The translations under genes and the position numbers were made by a program. DNA of 51,962 nucleotides from Bacilli bacterium (GTDB lineage Bacteria; Bacillota_I; Bacilli_A; RF39; UBA660): assembly GCA_045535005.1 (NCBI GenBank), contig JAZSKU010000113.1, positions 1-51,962 on the forward strand, written 5' to 3'. The notes under the pieces were generated by a model. That model was not told where the DNA came from. It ran no database searches and saw nothing but the letters and a program-made list of their open reading frames with translations. Of the stretch, positions 16,519 to 26,143 are shown one piece after another. The first letter of the stretch is position 1; each line of letters begins with the position of its first letter.

Positions 16519-17940
16519 TTAGTATTGTATACCCCAAACTATTTCATGTTTTGCTTTTTTACCACATACAATACATTTTTCTTCTTTATAATCTTTTGAT
16601 TCTACTATACATCTAGATTTAGTTCCTCTGATTTCTTTCATCTTTAATTCACAAGCTTCATCTCCACACCAATGAGTATAAACAAATCCTGGTTTAGTAT
16701 TCATTATTTCTTCTACTTCACTTAAACTATCTGTGTGATATGTTCTTTCTTTAACATTTTCTAGTGCTTTATTATAAAGATTATTTTGAATATCTTCAAG
16801 TAATGCAGTTATTTCTTTTTCTACATCAGATACTTTAACTTGTATTTTTTCTAATGTATCTCTTCTAACTAATGTTACTTCATTATTTTCTAAATCTCTT
16901 GGACCTACTTCTATTCTAACTGGTATTCCATTAACTTCAGCTTCTGCGAATTTAAATCCAGCTGTTTTATCTGTTTTGTCGATATATGAAATAATATTTT
17001 TAGATAATAATTCTTCATTAATACTATCACATACTTTTATTACTTCTTCTGTATCTCTAATTGGAATAATACATACTTGTTTTGGAGCTATTCTTGGTGG
17101 TAATACAAGTCCTCTATCATCTGAGTGTGTCATTATTAATGCACCTATCATTCTAGTACTTGTTCCCCATGATGTTTGATATACATATTCAAATTTATTA
17201 TCTTTGTTTACGAATTTAACATCATAAGCTTTGGCAAACTTTTGTCCAAAGTAATGACTTGTTCCAGATTGTAAACATATACCATTTTGCATTAATGCTT
17301 CTATTGTTAGAGTGTATTCTGCTCCAGCAAATTTTTCTTTTTCTGTTTTTTGTCCAGATAATACTGGTATAGCTAAATAGTATTCAAAGAATTCTTTATA
17401 TGTATCTAGCATTCTTTGTGTTTCTTCCATAGCTTCTTTTTCAGTTGCATGTACTGTATGTCCTTCTTGCCATAAGAATTCACGGCTTCTTAAGAATGGT
17501 CTTGTTTCTTTTTCCCATCTTACCACATTACACCATTGATTACATAACTTTGGTAAATCTCTATGAGTTTTTACGCTTGTTCTATAATAATCACAGAATA
17601 ATGATTCACTTGTTGGACGGAATGCTAATCTTTCTTCTAATAAATTACTTCCTCCGTGTGTTATCCATGCTACTTCAGGAGCGAAACCTTCAACTAACTC
17701 TCCTTCTTTTTTTAGTAAGTTTTCTGGAATGAACACCGGTAAGTATACGTTAGTATGTCCAGATTTTTTGAACATTTGATCCATTTTATTTTGCATACTT
17801 TCCCAAATAGCATAACCGTTAGGTTCTAGGATTACACACCCTTTAACACTAGAATAGTCAGCTAATCTAGCAGCTTTTACAACATCAGTATACCAAGTTG
17901 CAAAGTCTTCACTTCTTTGAGTTATTTTCTCATTTTTCAT
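16519..17940 (-). CDS. proS: Prolyl-tRNA synthetase, archaeal/eukaryote-like type (no INS editing domain, C-terminal Zn-binding domain)
   Basis: 473 aa. N-terminus EDFATWYTDVVKAARLADYSSVKGCVILEPNGYAIWE, class II motifs, and a C-terminal Cys cluster ending ...WGIQY. The upstream T-box carries a CCU codon in the expected specifier region. Confidence 0.85.
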   Translation of the reverse strand: MKNEKITQRSEDFATWYTDVVKAARLADYSSVKGCVILEPNGYAIWESMQNKMDQMFKKSGHTNVYLPVFIPENLLKKEGELVEGFAPEVAWITHGGSNLLEERLAFRPTSESLFCDYYRTSVKTHRDLPKLCNQWCNVVRWEKETRPFLRSREFLWQEGHTVHATEKEAMEETQRMLDTYKEFFEYYLAIPVLSGQKTEKEKFAGAEYTLTIEALMQNGICLQSGTSHYFGQKFAKAYDVKFVNKDNKFEYVYQTSWGTSTRMIGALIMTHSDDRGLVLPPRIAPKQVCIIPIRDTEEVIKVCDSINEELLSKNIISYIDKTDKTAGFKFAEAEVNGIPVRIEVGPRDLENNEVTLVRRDTLEKIQVKVSDVEKEITALLEDIQNNLYNKALENVKERTYHTDSLSEVEEIMNTKPGFVYTHWCGDEACELKMKEIRGTKSRCIVESKDYKEEKCIVCGKKAKHEIVWGIQY

Positions 17941-18130
17941 ATTTCCCTCCTAAAATAAAAAGGAATGGTACCAAAGGAGTCTATTTAAGACGGTACCATC
18001 CCTTTATTTTCTTAATTAAAATAACGCTTTTATATGCGTGTGCTATTAACACCTCTTAGCAGAAGATAGGAATTAATAAGTATTATTATCTAGTTTTCAC
18101 TATCCTAGACTCACTATAAATAAGGAACTT
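17941..18130 (-). promoter_or_regulatory. T-box riboswitch leader (Pro) for proS
   Basis: The minus strand carries AGTGAG and GATAGTGAAAAC stem-I elements, a CCT codon in the ...AATTCCTATC... segment, and the T-box sequence AAAGGGATGGTACCGTC (17989..18006). The terminator is GGGATGGTACC...GGTACCATTCC followed by TTTTTATTTT. Confidence 0.8.
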
Positions 18131-18297
18131 AATAATATTTCTTCACGATTTATGCAAACATTTTAGCATAAAAATATATATAAATCAATATATTTATTTA
18201 CACTTTTTATGTAAAATTTATAATGAATCTCTAAATTAAGAATATAATTATTTGCTATTTATGTTATATTATTACCTCAACGAAAGGAAGTGAATAT

Positions 18298-19173
18298 ATG
18301 AAAGTTTTAAATGATACTGTTTTCTTTATATCTAAATTAATACAAATAGATAATAAGTATATATACTCTTTTATTTATACTGTTATAGCATTTTTAATAT
18401 TAAAACTTATATCTAAATGTTTTGAATTAGTAAACAATAAATTCAATAATGATGACAGGAACAAATATACTTTAAATCAAAGAGTTAGATTAATTAGTTC
18501 TATTTTATTTATATTATGTTGTGTACTTATATGGCAAGAACATTTTGAAAATATTTTAACTTTAATTAGTTTTGTATCTGCGGCTTTAACACTTGCGGTT
18601 AGAGATATGGTATTTAATTTCTTTTCTGGATTATATATAAAAATTAATAAACCTTTTTCATTAGAGGATAGAATTGATATCGCTGGTAATATTGGGGATG
18701 TTATTAATATAAATTATTTAAGTTTTGAAATATTAGAGGTTAAAACAGAAGATAAAGGAGAACAAAGTACTGGTATTATTATTAGAATACCTTCATCTAA
18801 AATATTTAGTGACACGCTTAAAAACTACTCTAAAGGATTTAAATATATATGGAAAGAAATTAATGTTACTGTTCCAATAGATAGTGATATTGAAAAAACT
18901 AAAAAGGAATTATATAAGATATTAAGTGAGAATGAAATATTAAAGAGTATTCCTCGTAAAATGAAAAAAGAACTAAATAATGTTAATGGAGAATATAGAA
19001 TTTATTATAACAACTTAGATCCTATTATATATACATCTGTTGATGATAATAAAATTATATTATCTTTAAGATTTTTAGTTCATCCTAAGAAAACAAGAAT
19101 TGTTGAAAGTGATATATGGAATAAAATATTAATTGCTAATAAGAAAAAGAAAATAGTTTTATTTAACGATTAA
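18298..19173 (+). CDS. Small-conductance mechanosensitive channel (MscS family)
   Basis: 291 aa. Three N-terminal TM helices, then RDMVFNFFSGLYIKINKPFSLEDRIDIAGNIGDVININ (pore helix plus beta domain). Confidence 0.65.
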   Translation: MKVLNDTVFFISKLIQIDNKYIYSFIYTVIAFLILKLISKCFELVNNKFNNDDRNKYTLNQRVRLISSILFILCCVLIWQEHFENILTLISFVSAALTLAVRDMVFNFFSGLYIKINKPFSLEDRIDIAGNIGDVININYLSFEILEVKTEDKGEQSTGIIIRIPSSKIFSDTLKNYSKGFKYIWKEINVTVPIDSDIEKTKKELYKILSENEILKSIPRKMKKELNNVNGEYRIYYNNLDPIIYTSVDDNKIILSLRFLVHPKKTRIVESDIWNKILIANKKKKIVLFND

Positions 19174-19175
19174 AA

Positions 19176-19200
19176 AAAGGCTTAAATTAAGCCTTTTTTG
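19176..19200. terminator. Bidirectional terminator between the mscS-like and ytxH-like genes
   Basis: AAAAAGGCTTAAATTAAGCCTTTTTT, a perfect hairpin with A/T runs on both sides. Confidence 0.65.
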
Positions 19201-19603
19201 TTTTTGGTTCTTCTAATTTTTTTTCTACATCTTTAACTACTTTTAAAGCTTGTTTTCTAACTTCATCAGCAGCTTTTTCTACTACAGGTGTTCCTTTTTC
19301 TATAGCTAATTTGTATAGTTCTTCAGCTTTTTCTTTGATTTCTTGTGCTTTTTCCATAGCTAAATCTTTAGCTTTTTCAAAATCTAAATCAGATAATTCA
19401 TTTTGAAGTACTTCTGCTTTATAAAGTAATTCATCTTTTACTTCATCCATATCTACTTCTTTTAGTTTTTTAACTAAATCTTCTACTTTTTTAGCTAATA
19501 GTTTTCTTGTGTTTTCACCTTTATCTGGGGCAAATAATAGTCCGATTCCAGCGCCTATTGCTAAACCACCTATAAATTTACCTAATCCACCTTTTTTACT
19601 CAT
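19187..19603 (-). CDS. YtxH-domain general stress protein
   Basis: GGLGKFIGGLAIGAGIGLLFAPDKGENTRK is the YtxH signature. The start is placed at the second ATG, 9 nt after AGGAGG. Confidence 0.65.
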   Translation of the reverse strand: MSKKGGLGKFIGGLAIGAGIGLLFAPDKGENTRKLLAKKVEDLVKKLKEVDMDEVKDELLYKAEVLQNELSDLDFEKAKDLAMEKAQEIKEKAEELYKLAIEKGTPVVEKAADEVRKQALKVVKDVEKKLEEPKTKKA

Positions 19604-19889
19604 CTTCAGCATCCTCCTTTTTTGTTTTTTTACTTTTAAATAATTTTTTTACTTTTGTTGTTACGAAGTTTAATAATGTATCACTTACTAATGTAATTCT
19701 ATCAGTAGTGAAATCAATAACTTCAAATATTTTATCAAGTGATTTAACTTTATTAGTTACATCATCAATTACATCATCTACTTTATTCATAGTAAGAATT
19801 AGTTTAATTCCTAAGATGATTGCTACTACTAAAAGAGCTATTAAAAGTAAATAAATTATTATTGGTAATACTTGACTTAAAAATTCCAT
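19596..19889 (-). CDS. DUF948-like membrane protein
   Basis: 97 aa with an N-terminal TM helix followed by an amphipathic helix. This protein typically pairs with YtxH. Confidence 0.55.
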   Translation of the reverse strand: MEFLSQVLPIIIYLLLIALLVVAIILGIKLILTMNKVDDVIDDVTNKVKSLDKIFEVIDFTTDRITLVSDTLLNFVTTKVKKLFKSKKTKKEDAEDE

Positions 19890-19892
19890 ATT

Positions 19893-20738
19893 CTAATCCT
19901 CCTTATCATCATACATAGAATCTATTAAATTAAATAAATCATGTTCTAATGTACTATCTGTCATTGTTTTATCTGACACTTCTTCTTTAGGTTCTTCTTT
20001 TTCTAGATTGAATGTTTCTTCTAAATCTTCATCGAAGATACTATCTTTCATTTGATCTTCTATTTCACCTATTGATATTTCAGCAGTAGTTTTTTCTATT
20101 TTAGTTATTAACTCTTCTATTTTATTTGATTTTTCTTCTAATTCTTTTACATCTTCTTCTATATCATCTACAGTTGATTTAATTGTTTCTGGAGTTAATT
20201 TATTCATTAAACTTAATGTATCTTCTAAGTCATCTTCTAATGTTCCATAAGCTTTTCTTCTTATTGAATCATAGTCTCTTGCTGTATCTTCTACTTTAGG
20301 TTTAACTACTACATCTCTCTTAACTACTTCATCTCTTTTATAGTCTTTATCTAAAATACCATATATTGGAGATATAACAGGACTTGGTTTGAATACTTTT
20401 GGTTTTTCAGGTTCTTTTCTAGCTTGTTCTGCTACTCTATTTATTCTTGGTTCAACATCTAATACACTTTTTCTTGGTGGTAAATCTTCTTCTGGTTCTA
20501 ATTCTGTGAAATTAAATGTTCTTTCACTTCTAAATAGTTCTCTTTCTGAAACAACTGGTTTTTCTTCTTTTGGTTGTTCTGTTACTTTGAAATCTTCTAT
20601 TTCTTCTTCAATTTTAATTTCTTCTACTTTTGGTTTTGGTTTTTCTATTTCTTTCTTAGGTGTAATATCTATATTTACATCTGCTTCAGGTTCTTCAACA
20701 TCGTAAAATATATCTTTTATTTTACTAAATAGTCCCAT
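19893..20738 (-). CDS. Hypothetical highly acidic protein
   Basis: 281-aa ORF rich in E/D/K, with an N-terminal amphipathic MGLFSKIKDIFY segment. Confidence 0.45.
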   Translation of the reverse strand: MGLFSKIKDIFYDVEEPEADVNIDITPKKEIEKPKPKVEEIKIEEEIEDFKVTEQPKEEKPVVSERELFRSERTFNFTELEPEEDLPPRKSVLDVEPRINRVAEQARKEPEKPKVFKPSPVISPIYGILDKDYKRDEVVKRDVVVKPKVEDTARDYDSIRRKAYGTLEDDLEDTLSLMNKLTPETIKSTVDDIEEDVKELEEKSNKIEELITKIEKTTAEISIGEIEDQMKDSIFDEDLEETFNLEKEEPKEEVSDKTMTDSTLEHDLFNLIDSMYDDKED

Positions 20739-20755
20739 TTTGCACCTCTTTCTTA

Positions 20756-21397
20756 CTAATCATTTGAATCAAAATTATTTGAGTCATAATTTCCTGTATC
20801 TTCAATATATTGAAGTATATTTTTTGATTCATCTTTTTCTTCAGGTTCAGGTATTTCATATGCTGTTTCTTTTGAATCTATGTTGTTATCTTCTATGTAA
20901 GTTTCAATTACTACATCATTATATTTTATTGAATTTAGAATTGTTATAGCTTTTGATATAGCACTTCTTAATTCATTTTCCTTTACCTCTACTTCTATTA
21001 TAGCATAATTATAACACAACTCAATAAAAAAGTTATCATTATTTTTTGTTATTTTTAAGTAACCATTTTTATCATCTTTATCAAATGTATAGAAACTATA
21101 ATCATCTAAATTTCTTTCACTTAATATATTATTTTTATAGTAATAACTAACTATATCTACATTTAAATAATATTTATTTGTGTTTGATAATAATACTTGT
21201 GAATGTTCTTTATCTTCATGTATTGTGAAGTCTGTTGGTAAGTAATATTTATAACCTTTATTATTAGTATTATGTAAATATGCTTTCTCATTAATTATAG
21301 TATTTATTATCTCATTATATTCCATTGTATTAATAGAATATGTAGTACATCCTGTAAGAAATAACATACATATAAATATAATTATTTTCTTATACAT
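20756..21397 (-). CDS. Lipoprotein, function unknown
   Basis: An AGGAGG RBS precedes MYKKIIIFICMLFLTGC, which carries the lipobox L-T-G-C. The longer track ORF, starting at 21457, overlaps trmB and has no RBS. Confidence 0.6.
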   Translation of the reverse strand: MYKKIIIFICMLFLTGCTTYSINTMEYNEIINTIINEKAYLHNTNNKGYKYYLPTDFTIHEDKEHSQVLLSNTNKYYLNVDIVSYYYKNNILSERNLDDYSFYTFDKDDKNGYLKITKNNDNFFIELCYNYAIIEVEVKENELRSAISKAITILNSIKYNDVVIETYIEDNNIDSKETAYEIPEPEEKDESKNILQYIEDTGNYDSNNFDSND

Positions 21398-21434
21398 ACT
21401 TCCTCCTAGTATTAAATAAATTATAGCAAATAAT

Positions 21435-22052
21435 TTATTTTTTCTCAACACTAACATAGTTAATGTTTTTACCCTTACTTCTAAATTTATCTTCGTATTC
21501 TGTTGTACATGTATCTAAGTAATTAGTATCTGTTTTTATTATTTTGTATCCATATTCATCAAATGATAATAATGAGTATTCATATAAGTCATCATTATCT
21601 GTTTTCATTTCTATTTTCATATCACCTTTAAATATAGGATCATACTTACTTAAGAAGTTTGGACTTGTTAATCTTCTTTTAGCATGTCTTTTTTTAGGCC
21701 ATGGATCACTAAAATTAAGATATATTTTAGATACTTCTTTATCAAATACATTACCTATTGTAAAAGCATCATAACAGATTAATTTTAAGTTATTTATTTC
21801 TAATTCTTCAAGTCTTTTAACTGCTCCTACTAAAGGACTATCGTATTTTTCTACTCCAATAAAATTTATATTTGGATTTTCTAAAGCTTTTTGTATTATA
21901 AACTTTCCTTTTCCAGTACCTATTTCTATTTCTATATCGTTATCATTATTAAATACACTTTTCCATTTACCTTTATAATCTTCTGGATTAGATATTAGAT
22001 ATGGTGATGATTTTATAATAATATCTGCATTTTTAATATGTTTTAATCTCAA
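21435..22052 (-). CDS. trmB: tRNA (guanine46-N7)-methyltransferase TrmB
   Basis: 205 aa with an EIGTGKGKF SAM motif and FSDPWPKKRHAKRR. Confidence 0.85.
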   Translation of the reverse strand: MRLKHIKNADIIIKSSPYLISNPEDYKGKWKSVFNNDNDIEIEIGTGKGKFIIQKALENPNINFIGVEKYDSPLVGAVKRLEELEINNLKLICYDAFTIGNVFDKEVSKIYLNFSDPWPKKRHAKRRLTSPNFLSKYDPIFKGDMKIEMKTDNDDLYEYSLLSFDEYGYKIIKTDTNYLDTCTTEYEDKFRSKGKNINYVSVEKK

Positions 22053-22123
22053 AACAATTCACCTCGCATTAATATTATACACTAAGTAATTTATTTTGTC
22101 ATATAATATTTATAGGTGAAAAT

Positions 22124-22291
22124 ATGAATAATAGAGATATGTTTTATCAAGGTGGATTTTTAATTCCAAATATGAATGATTTTGATAATAGAATTAATGC
22201 TCTTCAAAATCAAATAAAAAATTTAGAAATAAGAATTTCTAAATTAGAGAGTATTAATAATGAAGTAACTGATAATGTATATATGATATAA
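22124..22291 (+). CDS. Small coiled-coil protein (55 aa), hypothetical
   Basis: An AGGTGA RBS precedes MNNRDMFYQGGFLIPNMNDFDNRINALQNQIKNLEIRISKLESINNEVTDNVYMI. It is followed by the hairpin AAAGAGTAAACTTtttAAGTTTACTCTTT. It is too short for the ORF track. Confidence 0.4.
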   Translation: MNNRDMFYQGGFLIPNMNDFDNRINALQNQIKNLEIRISKLESINNEVTDNVYMI

Positions 22292-22324
22292 AAAGAGTAA
22301 ACTTTTTAAGTTTACTCTTTATTA

Positions 22325-23581
22325 TTATAAGTCAAAATGTGCTTTTGTAGATTTATCGTTTTCTCTTATAAGAGCCATACTTAAGCAGTGTGGTCCACCT
22401 CTACCACAACATAATTCAGCACTTGGTATTTCAATTACTCTAACACCATTATCTCTCATTGCTTGGTTAGTTGTGAAGTTTCTATCGTAACCGATAACTA
22501 CACCTGGTTTAACACAAAGGAAGTTACATCCATCACTGAATCTTTCTCTTTCTGAATCCATTGTGTTTCCATTACCACATTTAATGATTACTACATCGTC
22601 TAAATGTAAATATTTCTTTAAGATTCCTTCTAATGGTAGTGGATCTAAAGTTATTTTTACATTTTTACCATCTTTAGTTAGAATGAAGAATTTAGACATA
22701 TCTGCTACTTCTTGAACTACAGCAAATTTGTTATAGTCAACTCTTGTCATAACAGTATCTAAGTGCATACATTCACCTTCATCTGGCATATCAAATGCAA
22801 TAACTGTATTAAATGTTGAACCTGGTTCATTAAAGATACTCTTAGCAACTTTTTCGATTGCTTCAGGTTCTGTTCTTTGACTACATCCGATTATAATAGT
22901 TTCTTCGTTCATTACTTGAACGTCTCCACCTTCGATTGAATGTTGTTCATATCTTCCATAATGAACTGTTACATCTTTATATAATGGATGATATTTGAAG
23001 ATATATTCAAATATTAATGTTTCTCTTTTTCTTGTTAGAGCCCACATTGTAGGAAGAATTACTGAGTTACCTACAGTGATAATTGGATCTCTTGGAGCAT
23101 AAGAGTTTGGTGATGGATCAAGTACCATATCACCTCTTCTATCTCTTGAACGATAATAATGAAGTGGATCTTCTTTTTCAAGACCAAGTTCACTAATATG
23201 TGTTCCAGCATTACATTTAGCAGCTAGTGCTCTATTATCTTTAATACTATTTAATAGATTAAATGCTGCTGCGTAAATTTTTGGATCAGTTACTCCACCT
23301 TCTTTTAAGAATTGTTTAATAAACTTTTCTCTTGTTCCAACTGGAGCTGCATCCATTGCTTCACCAAATAATTGTGTTGAGTAAACTACTTCTACTCCTT
23401 CTTTTCTAAGTGAGTCTGCAAAGATATCGTGATCTCTTTGATAATGTGGCATATAAGGAATACCATCAAAGTATAATCTTGATAAGTTAAATGGACTCAT
23501 ATGTAAGCATTCTTCACCAGGTCTATTCATTAGCACTCTTTTAAGAGGTGCTATTTCACTAAAGTTATTTATACTTTTCAC
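22325..23581 (-). CDS. arcA: Arginine deiminase (paralog 1)
   Basis: 418 aa. N-terminus SEIAPLKRVLMNRPGEE and a C-terminal catalytic Cys in GRGGPHCLSMAL. Confidence 0.85.
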   Translation of the reverse strand: MKSINNFSEIAPLKRVLMNRPGEECLHMSPFNLSRLYFDGIPYMPHYQRDHDIFADSLRKEGVEVVYSTQLFGEAMDAAPVGTREKFIKQFLKEGGVTDPKIYAAAFNLLNSIKDNRALAAKCNAGTHISELGLEKEDPLHYYRSRDRRGDMVLDPSPNSYAPRDPIITVGNSVILPTMWALTRKRETLIFEYIFKYHPLYKDVTVHYGRYEQHSIEGGDVQVMNEETIIIGCSQRTEPEAIEKVAKSIFNEPGSTFNTVIAFDMPDEGECMHLDTVMTRVDYNKFAVVQEVADMSKFFILTKDGKNVKITLDPLPLEGILKKYLHLDDVVIIKCGNGNTMDSERERFSDGCNFLCVKPGVVIGYDRNFTTNQAMRDNGVRVIEIPSAELCCGRGGPHCLSMALIRENDKSTKAHFDL

Positions 23582-23599
23582 CTTTAGTTCACCATCCCT

Positions 23600-24604
23600 T
23601 CAAATAAATTCATTACCGTTAGATAATGTAGCGTAGATAACAGCTTTAATAGTATGCATTCTATTTTCAGCTTGATCAAATATGACATTTCTTTCATGTT
23701 TAAATGCTTCATCACTAATTTCCATTTCAGCAACACCATATTTTTCTTTTATTTCAGCACCTACTCTAGTTTTATCATCATGGAATGATGGTAGTGGGTG
23801 CATTACTACTGCAGTATCTTTTCCTTTATTTATTAAATCCATATTAACTTGGTATGGAAGTAATAAATCGATTCTTTCTTTCCATAGGTTTGGATCTTCA
23901 CCCATTGATAGCCATACATCTGTATAGAATACATCAGCATCTTTAACGCTTTCATCGATATCATCAGTAACTTTTACGCTACCTCCGCTAACTTTTGCAA
24001 TTTCATTAACTCTATCAATGAATTCTTGTTCTGGCCATAATTCTTTTGGCCCACATAAGCAAATATGAACACCAAGTTTTGCACTTGCGATCATTAATGC
24101 TCTTGAAGTATTATTTCTAATATCTCCATAATGACTTAAATGAAGTCCTTTGATATAACCAAAGTGTTCTTTTAATGTCAAGAAATCTGCTAACATTTGT
24201 GTTGGGTGATCACTATCAGTAAGTCCATTCCATACTGGAACACTTGAATTTTCTGCTAATTCTTCTACTAATTTTTGATCAAATCCTCTATACTCAATAC
24301 CATTATACATTCTACAAAGTACTTGAGCAGTGTCAGCTATACTTTCTTTGTGTCCAAGTTGACTACTGTTTGGATCAATGAAAGTAACACCAAGTCCTAA
24401 ATCATATGCAGCTACTTCAAATGCACAACGAGTTCTTGTTGATGTCTTTTCAAAAAGAATTGCAATGTTTTTACCTTTGAAGTATTCATGAAGAATTTCT
24501 TTTTTCTTCATTTCTTTGAATTTTTCAGCTAGTTTGATTAAATAAAGAATTTCTTCTTCTGTATAATCAAATAGTGTTAAAAAATCTCTTCCTTTAAAAT
24601 TCAT
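23600..24604 (-). CDS. arcB: Ornithine carbamoyltransferase (catabolic context), with HPLP in place of the canonical HCLP
   Basis: 334 aa with STRTR, HPTQ and DVWLSMGE motifs, and ...MHPLPSFHD.... Confidence 0.8.
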   Translation of the reverse strand: MNFKGRDFLTLFDYTEEEILYLIKLAEKFKEMKKKEILHEYFKGKNIAILFEKTSTRTRCAFEVAAYDLGLGVTFIDPNSSQLGHKESIADTAQVLCRMYNGIEYRGFDQKLVEELAENSSVPVWNGLTDSDHPTQMLADFLTLKEHFGYIKGLHLSHYGDIRNNTSRALMIASAKLGVHICLCGPKELWPEQEFIDRVNEIAKVSGGSVKVTDDIDESVKDADVFYTDVWLSMGEDPNLWKERIDLLLPYQVNMDLINKGKDTAVVMHPLPSFHDDKTRVGAEIKEKYGVAEMEISDEAFKHERNVIFDQAENRMHTIKAVIYATLSNGNEFI

Positions 24605-24671
24605 TTCTTTTTTCCTTTCTAGTCCTCTATTATAGAATTAGTATATCATATTTTTTTTATAAATAAAATAA

Positions 24672-24698
24672 AAAAAAGGATAGTTTTCTATCCTTTTT
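24672..24698 (-). terminator. Intrinsic terminator after the arcC-transporter ORF
   Basis: Minus strand reads AAAAAGGATAG-aaaa-CTATCCTTTTT followed by TTTATTTT. Confidence 0.65.
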
Positions 24699-24700
24699 AA

Positions 24701-26143
24701 TTATGATAATAATACTCCTGCAGCTGTTAAGATTACCATTGAAGTTAATGCGATTAACACAAATATTTTCATAGCCCATCTTAACCAAGTTGTATAGTTA
24801 ACTTTAGCAAGAGCAAGACCACCCATTATAGCTCCACAAGTTGGAGTAAATAAGTTTACAAATCCGTTAGCTGCTACAAAAGTCATAATTGTAGTTTCTA
24901 CATTGAATCCTAATTGTACAGCTAGAGGTGCCATAATTGGAGTTGATAAAGTTGCAAGTCCTGAACTTGATGGAACAAGTACTGATAAAATTATATGTAA
25001 GATATAATTTCCAGGAACGAATAATGCAACTGGTACACCTTTTAATAAATCAGCAGCGTTATAGATAATGAAGTTATCTAAGTAAGTTACTGACATAAGA
25101 ACACTAGCTCCACGAGCTACAGCAATAATTAATACTACTGATAAAATGTCTCTTGCACCTTCAATAATATAGTCAATTATCTTATTTGCACTAAATCCAT
25201 TGATAATACCAATTACAATTCCTATTAATAAGAACCATAATGCTGCATCATAGAACCACCATGCACCTAATGGAGCACCTGTTAACCAAGCAGTCCATGA
25301 GTCGAAGAATGTAATACCAAATTCTCCCCAAGGTAAGAATCCTACGATCATTACTAGGAATGCAAATGCAAATAACCATAATGTTACAGTTTGTTTTCCT
25401 GTTAATTTAGCATCTTCTACACCACTTTCACCTGATGCGAATTTTTCTGCTTTCTTTTGTTCTTGTAATGATAAGAATGTTGAACCTTTATCAGCTTTAA
25501 CTTTCTTAGCATATCTCATAACGAAGAACATTGAAATTCCTAATGAAGTTAACCATAATAGAACACCTAATATAATTAAGATTCCTTGGTTAGCAACGAT
25601 ACCTTCTGGTAATGCAGCTACTGCAGCACCTGTTGCAAATGGGTTTATAGTTGAACCTAAAACGCCACTACCTGCACCTAATAATACAGTTGCAGATGCA
25701 ACGATTGTATCCATACCAGCAGCAACCATTGTGAATGCTAATAATGCGTAGAAACCAACTGTTTCTTCAAGCATACCGTAAGTTGTACCACCGATTGAGA
25801 AAATAATCATTAGTATAGGAATTAATACTAATTCATTTCCTTTTAATTTTTTAACTAAGACCTTAATACCTGTATCTAAAGCACCAGTTTTTGTTATGAT
25901 TGTTAAGAATGCACCAAGAATTAATGTGAATATACATACATCTACAGCGTCTTCGAAACCTAAAATTGGTGAAAGTAAGAAATCAGGTAATGTAGCAGCA
26001 ACTACACCACTACCATTGATAATATTACCTGCTGCATCAAATTGTGCTGCTGGTAAAACTAATGTAAGAAGTGCTAATGCCATTATCAATAACATGATAA
26101 TAGAAAAAGCGGACATTCTTTCTCTTTTTTTCTTTCTTGCCAT
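24701..26143 (-). CDS. YfcC/DcuC-like (ArcD-type) membrane transporter module. It has its own RBS and ATG but is in frame with arcC, with no intervening stop.
   Basis: A GGGAGG RBS lies 8 nt before the ATG at 26143. The 480-aa polytopic membrane protein begins MARKKKRERMSAFSIIMLLIMALALL.... Confidence 0.7.
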   Translation of the reverse strand: MARKKKRERMSAFSIIMLLIMALALLTLVLPAAQFDAAGNIINGSGVVAATLPDFLLSPILGFEDAVDVCIFTLILGAFLTIITKTGALDTGIKVLVKKLKGNELVLIPILMIIFSIGGTTYGMLEETVGFYALLAFTMVAAGMDTIVASATVLLGAGSGVLGSTINPFATGAAVAALPEGIVANQGILIILGVLLWLTSLGISMFFVMRYAKKVKADKGSTFLSLQEQKKAEKFASGESGVEDAKLTGKQTVTLWLFAFAFLVMIVGFLPWGEFGITFFDSWTAWLTGAPLGAWWFYDAALWFLLIGIVIGIINGFSANKIIDYIIEGARDILSVVLIIAVARGASVLMSVTYLDNFIIYNAADLLKGVPVALFVPGNYILHIILSVLVPSSSGLATLSTPIMAPLAVQLGFNVETTIMTFVAANGFVNLFTPTCGAIMGGLALAKVNYTTWLRWAMKIFVLIALTSMVILTAAGVLLS

